63,454 nucleotides of DNA, filler included, from Collodictyon triciliatum (GCA_043381765.1; 31 parts of 31 records of this genome joined end to end with filler, not necessarily neighbours in it), one strand, 5' to 3'. Positions 11,871-26,016 are shown, numbered from the whole stretch's first letter. Program-made: numbers and translations. The notes: generated from the sequence alone by a model not told the origin.

Positions 11871-13454
11871 ACAAAGCAACATCCCACCGCATCCCTGCAT
11901 TCTACGCTGGCGCCCATTTCTTTTCGACCCTATGGACAATGCCCATGATAAATACTTTTTTCGCGCCATGCTTCATCAGTATAATGGTATCTCACAATCT
12001 AAAATGAAATCCCTTAACGGGGTCTGATATACACAAAAATGAATACCCCTTCACCGCTACCACAAACCGTTATGTCTGATTGGATATGACAGTTTGCCTG
12101 CTAGAAAATACGGTTTTGTTCGTTTGCTTGTCTTTTTTCTATCTGTATGCATCTACCCTGACGATTTTCTCCCCATGTTTTGTTTGATTACATACATAGT
12201 TTGCTTGTGTTATTGTCGCATANNNNNNNNNNNNNNNNNNNNNNNNNNNNNNNNNNNNNNNNNNNNTTAATTAATTAANNNNNNNNNNNNNNNNNNNNNN
12301 NNNNNNNNNNNNNNNNNNNNNNTTTTATGAGCGAAAGGCATGTATTTCATCCTATGCAAAAATATTGTAAGGTTTGTTGATTTTGTTTGCATATTTTGTG
12401 TTCCTGGAAAATTTTGCTATTTTTTTATTATTAAAGTATATGTAAGAAATCATAATATATACAACCTGTGTGGACAGTATTCAACTCTTGCGCGTGTGTC
12501 ACTTTCTCTCAATATGATAATTTTATTATATTTTTCTTATGAAATATATTTTATTGTAATTTCTTCAAGATGCAGGCTTTTCGTGGCCTTTTCAAATTTA
12601 CTACTTTCTTTAGCCTGTAAGGCACCGGCAGTGTTGTCCAACTATTAATGTTATATTTTTTGTAAAATATTAAGTTGTTTTTATATCTATGTATTTGAAG
12701 ATTTTAAGCAAACGTGTTCATAAAGCTTCAGAGCGTGTAAGCATAGGCGATATTTCTACCTGTTGTTGCAGTAGAGAATGTTAAGGAATTTTGCATGACA
12801 CTGTCCTTATTATGTTTGTGAGGTCTCTATTTATACACATCACTGGCACATTTGTGAGTGATGCGACTCCACATGCGGCTCTTCCATCTGTTCGCATACT
12901 TGTTAGCTACTGAAGTGAAAACAAACAAAAAATATGTAAAATTATTATATATGCATAAATAATAATAAAAAATTATGAATAATTAAAACTTGACTTAAAC
13001 TTACTGGGTTTGCATAAACACAAAGAGAAGTAAAACTGGTCAAGAAAAGTATTTATGGTGGTATCAAACACGAATAATTCAAAGAATAGTTTTTTAAAAA
13101 CAAATGTTCGAATAAGAAAGCATTGAAAGGAGCAGTTTCAGATTCTTTGTTTTTAAGAAACAGAAATACACACTCAAGCAAGGTGGCAATATTGCAAACA
13201 TCAGTAATTGCTCTCTGCTCCCTTAGAAACACAATTTTTTAGGGTATTACAGCGAAAAACTAGCAAGTTTTTTTTCAATATATTGCTTACAAATGTGCAA
13301 TCAAATCTATAAGCTTGTGGTGATGCGTTGAAGGTTTTTTATAATTTGCCAAACATATTTTATAATAGATACAAAAATTTAGATGACGATGTTTTTGTGT
13401 TTTTGTATATATGGGTTATGTTGCTTTTAATTGATTCAAGGTAGAAGTTTTTTA

Positions 13455-13910
13455 TTTTTCCTTGGTTTCATTTCAACTATTTACTAATAGAAAACAAAGT
13501 CGAGCTGCTGCCTTCGCCTCTAGGACAAAAACGAGATACGGATGAGAAAGTGGAAAACTTGAACTTTACGTATTTGGATTTTTTGTTCATAAAAAATAAA
13601 AGATAGATAGAAAGATATGAATAGGAATGTAAGAAAAGATAAACTGGGTGGTGAAAAAGAAAGATAGCAAAGTGTTTTTTACGCATAGACTTTTCTTCCT
13701 GAAGAGAGTTAAATCCAACATGGTTTTAAGAATGTAGGCACGGACGCCAACATCTTATTCCGTCATGAATAAAAAATCCAACACGGGTTCATGTTGTGTT
13801 CGAGACAGACAGAAGGGCGGATAAAATTGTCGGGTTGATAAAAGTACTCACAAATCAGTTACCTTAAAAACTATTTCAAGGAGTTTCATTAACTGTATAT
13901 GTCAGACGTT
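13455..13910 (-). mobile_element. 3' end of an unclassified retroposon (family B), diverged copy
   Basis: About 450 bp alignable with 29336-29704. Includes ttgtcctagaggcgaagg..ctttgttttct, which is shared with 56982-57052. Confidence 0.7.
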
Positions 13911-14554
13911 TATAATATTCTCCAACGAGAGTGTCATTTAAGTAAAGACTATGATATCTAACAACAATAAGTGGTGCGGTTGAGTAAGTGATTGAAAAGT
14001 AAAACAAAAACACAGGGATTTTTCTTATATTTGGTTATGTTGTGGTTGGTGCAATCTTACAATTATTCTCAATTATACCAGAAATTATATTCTGGAAGTT
14101 TAAGAAGTAATTTGTCTATGGTTATTTGTCGTGTGCAAGGTATTTCATTAGCGATGATGTTTTGGTGGATTCCCCATTTTTTATTTTTTTGTTTACAGTT
14201 GTTATTTGTTAGGATAACTATATCTAAAGTTTTATCATTCCATTTTTTTATATATACGCTTGTACTTTATGAGANNNNNNNNNNNNNNNNNNNNNNNNNN
14301 NNNNNNNNNNNNNNNNNNTTAATTAATTAANNNNNNNNNNNNNNNNNNNNNNNNNNNNNNNNNNNNNNNNNNNNAAAAAGAAAAAGAAAAAGAAAAAGAA
14401 AAAGAAAAAGAAAAAGAAAAAGAAAAAGAAAAAGAAAAAGAAAAAGAAAAAGAAAAAGAAAAAGAAAAGGAAAGGAAAAGGAAAAGAAAAGAAAAAACAG
14501 AAATATTTCGTGCATTACCAAAAGCTTTATTTTATATGCAGAATCTGAAAAGAT

Positions 14555-15397
14555 ATGAGTCGTGGGGCATCGCGTGACTTTGCATGGATCTACTCTGGCG
14601 ACCGCCCTTCGACACAAACTTCTACCCCTCGTATTATTTGCCGTTCGACCTCTCGCGGTGCAGCACGACAGCAGCAACATCAACAGCCAAACATGTCCAA
14701 AGAAAACCCATTCAAAACCTTTGAAGCTGGGAAAATATCCACAAATAACCTGCAGCAGCTGCTAAACTCTGAGGCAGAAGAAAGCATCTTTCGAATTAGC
14801 CCAGAGATAGATGAGAAAGCGCCCTTAAAAGTTGGCCAGGAAAAGGGCAAGAAGATAGAAAATCAAAGCGTTCTCCCACCTCTTCTTCCACCACGCCTCG
14901 ACCTAGCCAGAGTTCCTCGAAGCCCTTCGACAGAGCCACCGACTATGCACACGCCAAGAGGCCCGCGACATCGACACATCCGCATCCAAGAAGCAAGAGA
15001 CCCTGGGCAGGTTGAGCGCTCTGCTGGAAGATTCAGACCCAAGGTAGACTTTGATGCACAGAACACACGCAGACAATTGATACAGGCCGAGCGAACGGAA
15101 AGCAACGAGAACGTAGTTTCAGGCTTGGATGAAATTGATGTTTACAGATTGCATCACCACTATCATACTTTCCGATCAACACAACAACAACAGCAACAAC
15201 AGCAACAGCAACAACAGCAGCTCCAATACCTCCAATCAGACCTACAGCAACCTAGAAATAGGATCCCAGTAAAACCTTCACCCCCTAGCAGCGAACAACC
15301 ACCCAGACATAATTCATTTGTACTGAGTCAGAAGCGATCTTCGTCTTCATGTCCCCTCCAGAGACCAACGCAAAACCAAACTTCTGTTGTTTCTTAA
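14555..15397 (+). CDS. Hypothetical low-complexity Q/P/S-rich protein (280-aa ORF, possibly a terminal exon)
   Basis: Long uninterrupted ORF with a poly-Q tract and coding-like GC content. No domain recognised. Confidence 0.5.
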   Translation: MSRGASRDFAWIYSGDRPSTQTSTPRIICRSTSRGAARQQQHQQPNMSKENPFKTFEAGKISTNNLQQLLNSEAEESIFRISPEIDEKAPLKVGQEKGKKIENQSVLPPLLPPRLDLARVPRSPSTEPPTMHTPRGPRHRHIRIQEARDPGQVERSAGRFRPKVDFDAQNTRRQLIQAERTESNENVVSGLDEIDVYRLHHHYHTFRSTQQQQQQQQQQQQQLQYLQSDLQQPRNRIPVKPSPPSSEQPPRHNSFVLSQKRSSSSCPLQRPTQNQTSVVS

Positions 15398-16990
15398 ATA
15401 TCGTCATTACTTATCATTTCTGACACCTGTTGCTATACATAAACGTATATATCGTTGATCGAAGATTGTGCGAAGGTGTCAACCTTATACTTTGATTTCA
15501 TTATGTTGGTCTATTTAGTCACATGAGATACTGGGGTATATATCATAAGATTATCATTTGCAATACATACAAATGAATCGCTGTGGTTGGGCATTTAGGC
15601 ACTTCAACAAAAGAAAAAAAATTTTTTTCACTCGCCTTATTAGTTTTTCTGCAGAACGGCAGAGGGCTTGATTTTAGTTTGCGATAACAAGGGCGCAGAT
15701 TCCGAAATCATAAATTATATATAAGAATATTATTAATATTAATAATTTTGAGTTATATTAAAAAATTAAGATAAAGTGCTGATAAAAAGAGTATAGTCTA
15801 TAATTTCCACAATTGGACAACACGAACAAAATGACAAAACACAGTCGCATCGCCGCAACCCAGAAGCCACGATCGGTAAGGATTGCAAGCGATGGTTGAC
15901 TTCAAAAAGAAAAAAGAAAAAAGAAAAAAGAAAAAAGAAAAAAGAAAAAAGAAAAAAGAAAAAAGAATAGAAAAAGAATAGAAAAAAGAGAGAGGATTAC
16001 TATATTTATAAAGAGTTCGAGAAGAAAAGACAAGACAGAAACAAAACGAGGCCGGATTTCCTTCTGTGAAATGCATAGATAGGCACCTCGATTAACAACA
16101 CATCCCACCAATCTGTAGCAGATGGAGCGCCTGGTTTCTCCACGGAGGGTTTCTTCTCACATCGTGGTCAACGGATCAGACGGAAACATCGTGAGCATAG
16201 TCTACCAAAACAACAATATTGCAACCAAAGAAAAAGAGAAAGAAGAGAAAGAAGAGAAAAAAGAGAAAAAAGAGAAAAAAGAGAAAAAAGAGAAAAAAGA
16301 GAAAAAAGAGAAAAAAGAGAAAAAAGNNNNNNNNNNNNNNNNNNNNNNNNNNNNNNNNNNNNNNNNNNNNTTAATTAATTAANNNNNNNNNNNNNNNNNN
16401 NNNNNNNNNNNNNNNNNNNNNNNNNNAAAGAAAAGAAAAGAAAAGAAAAGAAAAGAAAAGAAAAGAAAAGAAAAGAAAAGAAAAGAAAAGAAAAGAAAAG
16501 AAAAGAAAAAGAAAAGAAAAGAAAAAGAAAAAGAAAAAAGAAAATGAAAAAAGAAAAGAAAAGAAAAGAAAAGAAAAGAAAAGAAAAGAAAAGAAAAGAG
16601 AAGAAAAGGAAAAAAGAAAATGAAAAAAGAAAAAGAAAAAGTAAAAAAAGAAAAATAAATAAAGTGATATTATATTTATCTATATAGTTAGATAAATATA
16701 ATATCATAAGGAAATAAAGAAAAACAAATAAAGAGTAAAAGAAAAGAAAAAGAAAAGAAAAAGAAAAGAAAACAAAGAAGAAAAAGAAATGAAAAAAAGG
16801 GAGAATCGCACACACACAACAGTTATCTTAGCCAGTGGTCCTTTTATTCCTTGAACTTTCCTTTGTTCGGAATTGTGATTTAGATATGCGAGGAATGGCA
16901 ATATGTGGCGTGGAAAAGAGAAAAGGGCGTCTCAGCAATTTTGCTATTATCCCTATTCTGCTATGTAAACTCGCCCACCAGGAGAGTTTT

Positions 16991-18265
16991 TTAGGCTTTA
17001 TCCTGAGTAAAGACAGAAAGTTCTTTTCCATCTTTCGTCTTCGATGACGTTTTTTGAAGGGCATGGTATTCTCCCTTCTGGTGGCCGAAGTAGTAGGTCC
17101 CGTACATCCCCACGGCAACAGCAAAGGCACATGCAATCGAAATTCCAGCAATGGCACCCGCAGAGAGACTGTCATCATTCTCTCTATCATCTATTCAAGT
17201 GGTTAATAAGGTTTGCGTCTATTATGTTGGTATCATTTAGGTGGTATAATAATCAAGTTTAGTGAAGTCTTAAAGAATGAATATTACTGTCGGGATATGG
17301 ACTTGACCTATGAACAAAACTCTGTTTAGAGCGAGATATGTCTTATGTGTTTTATATTTTGAAAACTAAAAAAAGGCCAAAAACCAATTAAAATAAAGTA
17401 ATTCAATAAAATTGAAAAATACGTTTATATTGCGACTGGGGGTGAAACAAAGCACGGCGGTAAAAATATGGCTGGTAATTAGTCGGCATCAATTCCGGGT
17501 GTAGTGTATGCATGAGGTCTTGAAGAACCGTGTGGGGATTAGAAGTCCCTGACTCAAAGTATGGAATATAACCATCCCTAAATCCAAAATACATCAGTTT
17601 GCATCGGAAGAGAATGATACGGCTGTGTTGATGACAGTTTAAACAAATATCTCACTTGTATCTATTATTGTCACGCAAGACAACATATTCGCACTGCACA
17701 GAAGCGATGGACTCAACTTCCTGTGTGGTGGTATTATTTGGAAAATTGAAACAGAATGTAAAAGCAGCAAGGGATAAAGGAAGATAAAAGTTCCTTAGAG
17801 ATTCTTGTTCGAGGTTCGAAAAAAATGGTGCGTCTAGACATACAGGTTGCTGCTCCAGGAGGTCATCCATAACCTGAACATTCATGTAGTCTGCATGAAT
17901 CCAGTACTTAACTCTCTTTGCCTTCTGCATAAACTATGAATCATGGAGCATTAGATTTAGATGTAAGGATATTTCTTGATAAACATACATAACATTGATT
18001 TGAGAATGTTACGGTATCCAAGGAAATAAGAAATGAGCCGGTGGATGTGGAGTTGTCCCCGACATAGACTGCGTTTGCATCTGAAGTTCAGGAGTTAAAA
18101 AAGAATAATGATGCAACAAAAATTTTCTCTATAATAGCTATATAAGCAAGATGGTTAGTACAACACTTACCTCTAATCAGATTTGAAACGTAGCTGTTCC
18201 CACCAGGAATGGAAAACTTTGAAGCTCCACTCATTTTAAATGAGAATCCAGCAACGACTTCAGGT
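16991..18265 (-). CDS. Periplasmic-binding-protein fold (BtuF/CBA1-like cobalamin or iron-chelate binder) with C-terminal TM anchor, 3' part, multi-exon
   Basis: Spliced peptide SIPGGNSYVSNLIR|DANAVYV...KYWIH...YFESGTSNPHTVLQDLMHTLHPELMPTNYQPYFYR fits the family motif ESGxxxPxxVLxDLxxxxHPEL. The last exon encodes GAIAGISIACAFAVAVGMYGTYYF, then TAA. Confidence 0.75.
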
Positions 18266-19209
18266 CTACATTACAAACGAGAATGGGTGCAGAACTCCTT
18301 TACTTTAGTGTGATACATGTAATCTATGTATACATACATAAAACTATTTAATCGCATATAGCTGAAACAATAATGGAANNNNNNNNNNNNNNNNNNNNNN
18401 NNNNNNNNNNNNNNNNNNNNNNTTAATTAATTAANNNNNNNNNNNNNNNNNNNNNNNNNNNNNNNNNNNNNNNNNNNNAAAAATAAAAAAAAAAAAAAAA
18501 TAAAAAAAAAAGAATATGAAAAATAAAAAAAAAAATGGAAACCGGCCAGGGGCAAAGCAGAACATTCGTGGTTGACGCCTCTGTGCCGCAGCATTCCGGA
18601 CGGAAAAGAAAAGGGTTTCTCTGTGCACGGCCTTTGTCATGCGTTGTCACTTTGGCGTGTCTGTCCCTCCTTTTCGCTCTCGCTGCCATATTATGACGAA
18701 GGCACAGGAAAGCTGGTCTTGAGATGATCGCAGGGTATGTTACTAATCACAAATACTAATATTATTGTTGTTTATTGAATTTCTTTGTCCACAGTTGCCT
18801 ATTTTGGTGTACAATATGCAATAATTAAGTAAATTCCACTTTAGAATTATATTTGTGGAAGTGAACTTTGGTGAGGTTGCAAAGACTCACAACCCAATCG
18901 CAAGGCTTCCAAGCCGATTCCGAAGCAGAACCGAATCGATTATTTATGCAGTGATATTCTGTCGAATAATTTGGGTAAAGTTTATTTTAGTGTTGTCTGG
19001 GGATTGGTAGTGTGAACCTTATAGTTTTTTTTTTTGTCTCTCCCTCGGATTCTCTGCTTATCTCTTCTCTTTTCCACTTTTTCTTGTTCCTTCTCTAATC
19101 CTCGTTGAATGAATGTCTGTCGGGGGTTCTGCATTGATTTCTGGAATTGCCATCAACATGAACGCAGCCTTTTTGCACAGAATGCGGAAGACACACAAGG
19201 AACAGTGTT

Positions 19210-19485
19210 TTAACAGATGCCACACATAAAGCACGAAGGATGGAATGTCACGTCGAAGCCGTGGACGCCGCACAGACTCGTAAAGAAGGGAATATCCGAT
19301 TGACGGAGATTAAAGTTGCGCAGGATTTGAGGAGTAACCTACAATGGTAAGCAAAACGGATATTACGATATCTAAAATAAGGCGAAACAACCACAGAAGA
19401 TTTTTTTCTATATATTTTCATTTTCGTGTGATTCGATATTGCTCGCGGATGTGAATCCATACCATAATAGATAAATATAAGAATT

Positions 19486-19532
<47 letters not shown>

Positions 19533-20295
19533 GCGGTGATAATGATGATGCATACAACTTCTCCTGTTTTTGAAAAGGCGTGCAGAATGTTCAATAGCGA
19601 AGTGTTCATGTTAACAAAGTACCTGAAAAGGGGACATGATAAGATGCCGATGAGTAAGGAGGTTTAATACAAATATTTCAATACTAAAAAAATTATGAAA
19701 AAGGAAGGAACAAAGAACAAATAAAAGAAACTGATTTTATAAGGACTGCCAACCTGCAATTTAATAAATCAAATGAAAATTTTAAAAATAAAAGAAAGAT
19801 TATTTGCTTCTTTGATTGCTCGATTCAGTGTGATTCTTTTATTATTTTTCGTCTATGCATAACAAAATTCCTTCTTTTCTTTCTTTCTTTCTTTCTTTTA
19901 AGCATACTGCTTCAGTCTGTCCTCATCAGCCTTCTTTGGTGGTGCTGAGGCACGAGTTGGAGGAACAATCAAGGTCATGATGTTGTTCAGTTGGCGAAGT
20001 CTTTCATGGTCTCCGTCGGTACTTGATGACAGTATATTTGACTTTAGAAAGTACGGGGGGTGACATTGTATATTGAAAAACATAGAGTAGGAGGGGGATA
20101 TGTAAGAGTAGATACAAGATAGTTATACGTAATTAAAATGGCTATCATACTGAGCATTTATTATAATAATATCATAAATCCAAACAAGGACATTATATTA
20201 TTTCACAAAAACAGCGAGTTTACCTTTTGCAGACATTTTGAATTATGGTGTTACTGTATTGAATTTCGTTCTTTTTCATGTAAACGTCATGTAGC
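19210..20295 (-). CDS. DENND11/LCHN-like protein, C-terminal exons
   Basis: Spliced LHDVYMKKNE..|..DGDHERLRQLN..DEDRLKQ|YFVNMNTSLLNIL..|VTPQILRNFNLRQSDIPFFTSLCGVHGFDVTFHPSCFMCGIC* resembles the DENND11 C-terminus. Confidence 0.6.
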
Positions 20296-20330
20296 TGATT
20301 TTTAAGCTCCAATATTGATTCAGTTGTTGC

Positions 20331-20430
<100 letters not shown>

Positions 20431-20644
20431 NNNNNNNNNNNNNNNNNNNNNNNNNNNNNNNNNNNNNNNNNNNNTTAATTAATTAANNNNNNNNNNNNNN
20501 NNNNNNNNNNNNNNNNNNNNNNNNNNNNNNTTGTGTTTTTATTTTGTGTTTTTATTTTGTGTTTTTATTTTGTGTTTTTATTTTGTGTTTTTATTTTGTG
20601 TTTTTATTTTGTGTTTTTATTTTGTGTTTATTATAATTTTCGTC

Positions 20645-20992
20645 AAAGGCAGGTCTATAATGCCCATGGTTTTGGCCCGTCGGCTCATTTTCTCCTGGTT
20701 TGTAAGGGATTCAGACTGATGTCTATATATCGAAAGAGCTTGGAATATAATACAGTCATTGGGAATTGTGGAGATTTGGGTGTATTTGCCTGCCTTTTGG
20801 CTCTCCAGCCGGAAAACAAAATGGCGACGAAGCCCCGTATCATATGGGGCGACATGAACGCCATTCTCTTTTGTTGCTCAGGACGAGTGTGGCTGAAGTT
20901 GCATCTGTGTAGAACGGAAAATCGATGCATATTTCGACGATGGTACGAAGCTTCCAACCTTTTGGGGCGTGACTTGTCGAAGGATGAAGGGA
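20645..20992 (-). mobile_element. LINE ORF2 fragment, copy 2 (more diverged, frameshifted)
   Basis: Reads PKSPQFPMTVLYSKLFRYIDISLNP. Nucleotide homology to 8961-9300. Confidence 0.68.
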
Positions 20993-21835
20993 GATCCCCA
21001 CCTTACAAACAGCAGCCAAGCCATGTGTCACCGCACACGCGCCTATCGTTGGTAACCTTATCTATTTCTGGGAAATATAATAAAATCATTATGAATCTGA
21101 AATGGGCCATTATAATTCATAGAAATAGACATAAATTGAATATAATATAATTAAGGAATATGTTTTGCAGACATATTTTGTCTCATCGTGTCCCGCTTCG
21201 CTGCAATCTTTCAACACCACACCGAAATCAAGATTCCGCTCTTGGGAAAAGTTGACATTATCCCATCTGGGACGAAGACCCATGATGATAAATTTTATTC
21301 CTTTTCTGGACAGTCTGTCAGCCAGCGCGGAAGTCGAAAGCCTGCTTTGCTTTTCTATATATTTTTTTTTTGACAACCTCCGACTCATAATCTTGCCGGC
21401 GACACTACAAATACCTGAAGAGGTCGAGCGTGGCGCAGTCTTTGCGTAATGCTGAGCCTGACTGGTCTGCAATGACGGGGCAGAGAGTGAGGAGGAGGCC
21501 CGAGTTATTTTTCCGAGAGTGTCGCCTTCTGCCCACCCAGAAACCCTGCGCCGGCCGGCAAGCTGAGGCCACTTTGATCCAAATCCCAAAACCTCCAACG
21601 AAGCGCAGGCGTTCGGGCCTTTGATTTCTCTGCACTGGGGCTTTGTCTTCTTGCGCTGCCCTGCCCATTTTTAACACTCATTCATTCATTCATCCGTTAT
21701 CATTCATTCATTTATGTAATCTTTCCTCTTGGATTTTTCTTTGTGGAGGTCTGCTTTATTTTCTTTTGGTCTCTTGTTGCATTTCTTTCCCGGTTGTCTT
21801 TGTTGGCCTGACCCTCTCTTCTACCTGTGCAGAGA

Positions 21836-22481
21836 ATGCAGGAGGACGAGGAGCAGTTGTTTGATGTGAGCGTGGTAAAGCGCAGCTTTGGCTCTGTGTT
21901 TTTCTTTCTCATGCCCGGCTTCATTCGTCGTCGTTATGTGGCAAAGTATGGCACAAGCGAAAAGGGAGAAACTCGTGGACGTGGCGAACGTATTTTCTCT
22001 GTCATGGGCAATGTCCTTGACGGCATCGGCGTTGGTCGAAATCGCAGTGGAACAAACGGTAGGACTATTTTATCGTTCTTTCACCTCTCAAACTTCTTTT
22101 TTTCTTGTCTGTTTCTTTATTTCTTTTCTTTCTTTTCGTGTTTTTTTTTTGTTTCTTTTCTATTTCTTTTTTCCTTTCCTTCTTTCCTTCTTTCCTGTTT
22201 CATTTCCCCCCATTTCCCCTTTTTTTTCTTCGCCTGTGGTTGGCTACGTATTCGCGCCAATAAGCATATGTTTATTTCCCACAGCCGAGAACTCGAACAA
22301 AAGTCGCATGGAGCAGTTCACCAGTGAGTTCAAAAGCAAGGAGCTCTCGGTCGATGAGGCGATCAAGTACTTGGAGATCCGAAAACGTGCGGCTTTTGAC
22401 GATGAACTGTTGAAGTACTTCATGTACCTTCTCTTCTTCATTATTCTCATCTTGTGGATTATGCCCGTTTCACTGTCATAT
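21836..22481 (+). CDS. Probable polycystin-2 (PKD2/TRPP)-like cation channel, 5' part
   Basis: Two exons join in frame (aac g|gtagga...cacag|cc gag). They end in DELLKYFMYLLFFIILILW, similar to PKD2 TM1 (RELxxYxxFLxxL). Confidence 0.45.
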
Positions 22482-22581
22482 NNNNNNNNNNNNNNNNNNN
22501 NNNNNNNNNNNNNNNNNNNNNNNNNTTAATTAATTAANNNNNNNNNNNNNNNNNNNNNNNNNNNNNNNNNNNNNNNNNNNN

Positions 22582-22653
<72 letters not shown>

Positions 22654-22760
22654 AAAAAAAGAAAAAAAGAAAAAAAAGAAAAAAAGAAAAAAAGAAAAAA
22701 AGAAAAAAAGAAAAAAAGAAAAAAAGAAAAAAATTCTCGCTATAGGGTATGTAAGCTTGC

Positions 22761-24039
22761 CTTATGGATGATGGATGAAATGACAAATCCTTGAGAGTTT
22801 TCGGTTATATTGGAGAAATCAGCAGCGGGTGTGAATGCCTTTTGAATCCCGATACTTTGGATAGCGCTACTAGCTTCGAAATCGCCACGAATCTTTTTTT
22901 TTTTTAAAATAAAAGATAGAAAAAATACGATTTTTATTTGGAAAAAAAAAGCAAAAGCAAAAGCAAAAGGAAAAGCAAAAAAGCAAAAACACCGTATGGC
23001 GCACTATTGTACCTTGAACCTCGGAAGGCTGAGATTAACTTTCTGGTTGTACTGGGGCGCAGATGTCCATGTTTGCCATTGCTCAAATATCTCCTGTTCG
23101 ATTGATTCAAGGCTATGCTGCTCAAAAGGCAGAACAAAAGTCCCCACAATCTCAGACTTTTGACGGTCGCATTTGTATTCCAGGTCGATTGCCTGGGAGT
23201 GGAATGCCGAAAAAAAAAAAAAAATTGGAACGGGTTTTTGAATCACTTAAGCTAAACGGGAAGTTATACAGAAATTCTCATCGAGAAAACTGAAAAGATA
23301 CGAAGGAAAAGAAAATGAAATAAAGAAAAAAAAAGATAAGCATGTTTTATCAAATGTGACCAAATTATGTATATTAAGACCATGACTTTCTTTCATTCAC
23401 AAACATGGAATTTTTCGCTGCGATAATACTTCATCTTCTCGTATGCCTTCATGGTTGGTACTTTCACAGGTGGCTCGCTACTCGAGAAGAAGAAATCCTC
23501 TTCTACAGTGAGATTCTTCTTGAAAGGCGTTTTCCAGATCCCCTTAAAACATTTCTGATTTAGAGAATTGCTGACTACGTGATGAAAGAGCAATCCAAGG
23601 ACAAAAATTTCATTTAAACATGAACTTATATAAACGAATAGATACCTTCATATATATAGCATTCAGTATCACGAGTCGCAGGGAGGCAGGTGCTTGGTTG
23701 ATGAGCTTTGGAATCTTCCCGCGTGTTTTTTCATTCACCCATGAATTGACCTGGAAAAAAGAAATTGTAGAAGTTATTATCAAATAATCTTAAATATGTC
23801 GCCTCTCTTTCAATATTTGACTTCATGTTTACATGCATGTAGGTTTATTAAAAGAATAGTCAGGTAACACGGCTTAATTAATGAGTCTGTGTGGTGATTA
23901 TGTCTTCAAAAAGCTCACTTGATTGACAACATCAGCATCCATAAGGAAAGACGAGCCTGAAAATTTGTTCTCTAGTTTTTCTCGAAAACTTTCCTTCAAA
24001 TGTCCGCAGGCTTCGTGGATGATGACCTGATTGCGGGCC

Positions 24040-24095
<56 letters not shown>

Positions 24096-24435
24096 TTCAA
24101 GTCCTTCAGCTTTTTTTCAGAGTAAAAAGGAACACCATCTAGTGCAATGAGTGAAGAATCGTGATCTACAAGCAGACCGCATTTCCAATATCAAAGATGA
24201 ACCCATTAGCCGCGTTAGAAGATAAAAGTGCCTCTTGATATCCAGCCAAGTACTGGTTAACCTTTAAAAAAATAGCGTAAACATTATGTATTAAGAATTA
24301 TTTAGAATCACAATTGGGTTCTGATAAAAAAAAATGTATCGAGCGTCAAGAAATACCTCCTCGATAGTTGAAAAAGAAGTCAATGACCGAATAATTTCCT
24401 GCTGAGTTTCTCCCGAAGCTCCGTTTCCAGCGACC
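22761..24435 (-). CDS. Serpin (serine protease inhibitor), internal exons
   Basis: GASGETQQEI, VNSWVNEKTRGKIPKL, LVILNAIYMK|GIWKTPF, VKVPTM, VNLSLPRFK, AFTPAADFSNIT, ISSIIHK. Confidence 0.93.
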
Positions 24436-24816
24436 CTAAAAGAAAAAGAAAAAGAAAAAGAAAAAGAAAAAGAAAAAGAAAAAGAAAAAGAAAAAGAAAA
24501 AGAAAAAGAAAAAGAAAAAGAAAAAGAAAAAGNNNNNNNNNNNNNNNNNNNNNNNNNNNNNNNNNNNNNNNNNNNNTTAATTAATTAANNNNNNNNNNNN
24601 NNNNNNNNNNNNNNNNNNNNNNNNNNNNNNNNTTTTTGTTTTGTTTTTTTGTTTTTTTGTTTTTTTGTTTTTTTGTTTTTTTGTTTTTTTGTTTTTTTGT
24701 TTTTTTGTTTTTTTGTTTTTTTGTTTTTTTGTTTCCTCATGTTCCTATAAAATCATCCATTTTAGAAAATTGGAAATGAAAACGACATAGATTATCTGGA
24801 ATTAATTAAGCAAAGA

Positions 24817-26016
24817 ATGGAATCAATATTTCAATCACCTATTATCCTACGTGAACCCGTGATACCACTCATCGACAAAGTTGAGCCCAGTGACGTCAGT
24901 GTAAATTCAGAAACAACTGGTTTCGGAGAAAACAATACGAAATCTGAGCCTATCATCAGGGACTTTGTAAAGTTTGTCGAAGAACTATACGAAAGCATGG
25001 AAGTAGAGGAATCAGAGGAAGTATCCGAGGTCTTGAACCCTAGACTCTTTTCTTCGAAAGCAACAGAGACAACAGAAGTAATGTCATCAGATTCGGATAT
25101 TGATTTCAGCCAAAACATTGACTTACACCAATCATCAAATTTGAGCGTCAGCTCAGTTGATATGATTATCGCAACAGCGATGAATGTTAAAGATACTAGA
25201 ACGCAGACCGGTTTTGGAACAAAGATATCAGAAAGTACTCCTATCATCATACCAAGTGTTGAAGCAGGAGAATCGAAAGAGATAACTCCATCTCATATTT
25301 CCTCTGAGGACGTTCAACAAGGTGTTGGTGCATCAGAAAACACTGAAGACAATCTTACTCACGATCAATTTCTATTACTTGAAGGTAGGGATATATCACC
25401 TCTTAGAAATATTCCTGAGAGTGACGTCGAAAAAATAATTCTAGGAGATGATTCAACAAGTACGAATACTCATGGTGTTGATGCTGGTGACGAGGACGAA
25501 GACGGATATGATTTTGACATTCAACTCAAACCACTTCCTGACATACAGTTATTTTCAATAAAGTCAGTTGTTTTGGTTGAAAGTCCGATTACGTCCACAA
25601 GCGCGATTCTTGATATAAATGGGCCATACTCAGGTGCTGTGGCAAATTCAACTTCAGCACATGATGAAACTAAAGCAGTGATGACAAATCACAAAGAATG
25701 GGTGACTGAAGATGAAAGTGACAAAAGTAATGAAAGCGATAGCAGTGAACAAAACGAGACACAAGGAATTATGACTGATGTCGAAGGTGAAGAATCAACT
25801 TTTAAATGAGTGTCGAATGATGTCTATTCCTTACTAAATTATGAATTAGAAGGTGGAGGCCAGTTTTCATATGTGAATGCTGGAGAGAAAATCACGTTGG
25901 GTGAGGATGAGAGTCATGAGGAACAAAAGAATCAGGCAAATGCTGATGGACATTTCACGACTTTTGAGGAGCTATTTTCATCAAATATAGGTCAATTGGA
26001 TGTGGCATCACCTTGT
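24817..26016 (+). CDS. Hypothetical acidic Ser/Glu-rich protein exon interrupted by one in-frame TGA (25807-25809)
   Basis: A 330-aa ORF continues in the same frame for ~70 coding-like codons after the TGA, up to a gtatgt donor. Confidence 0.5.
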
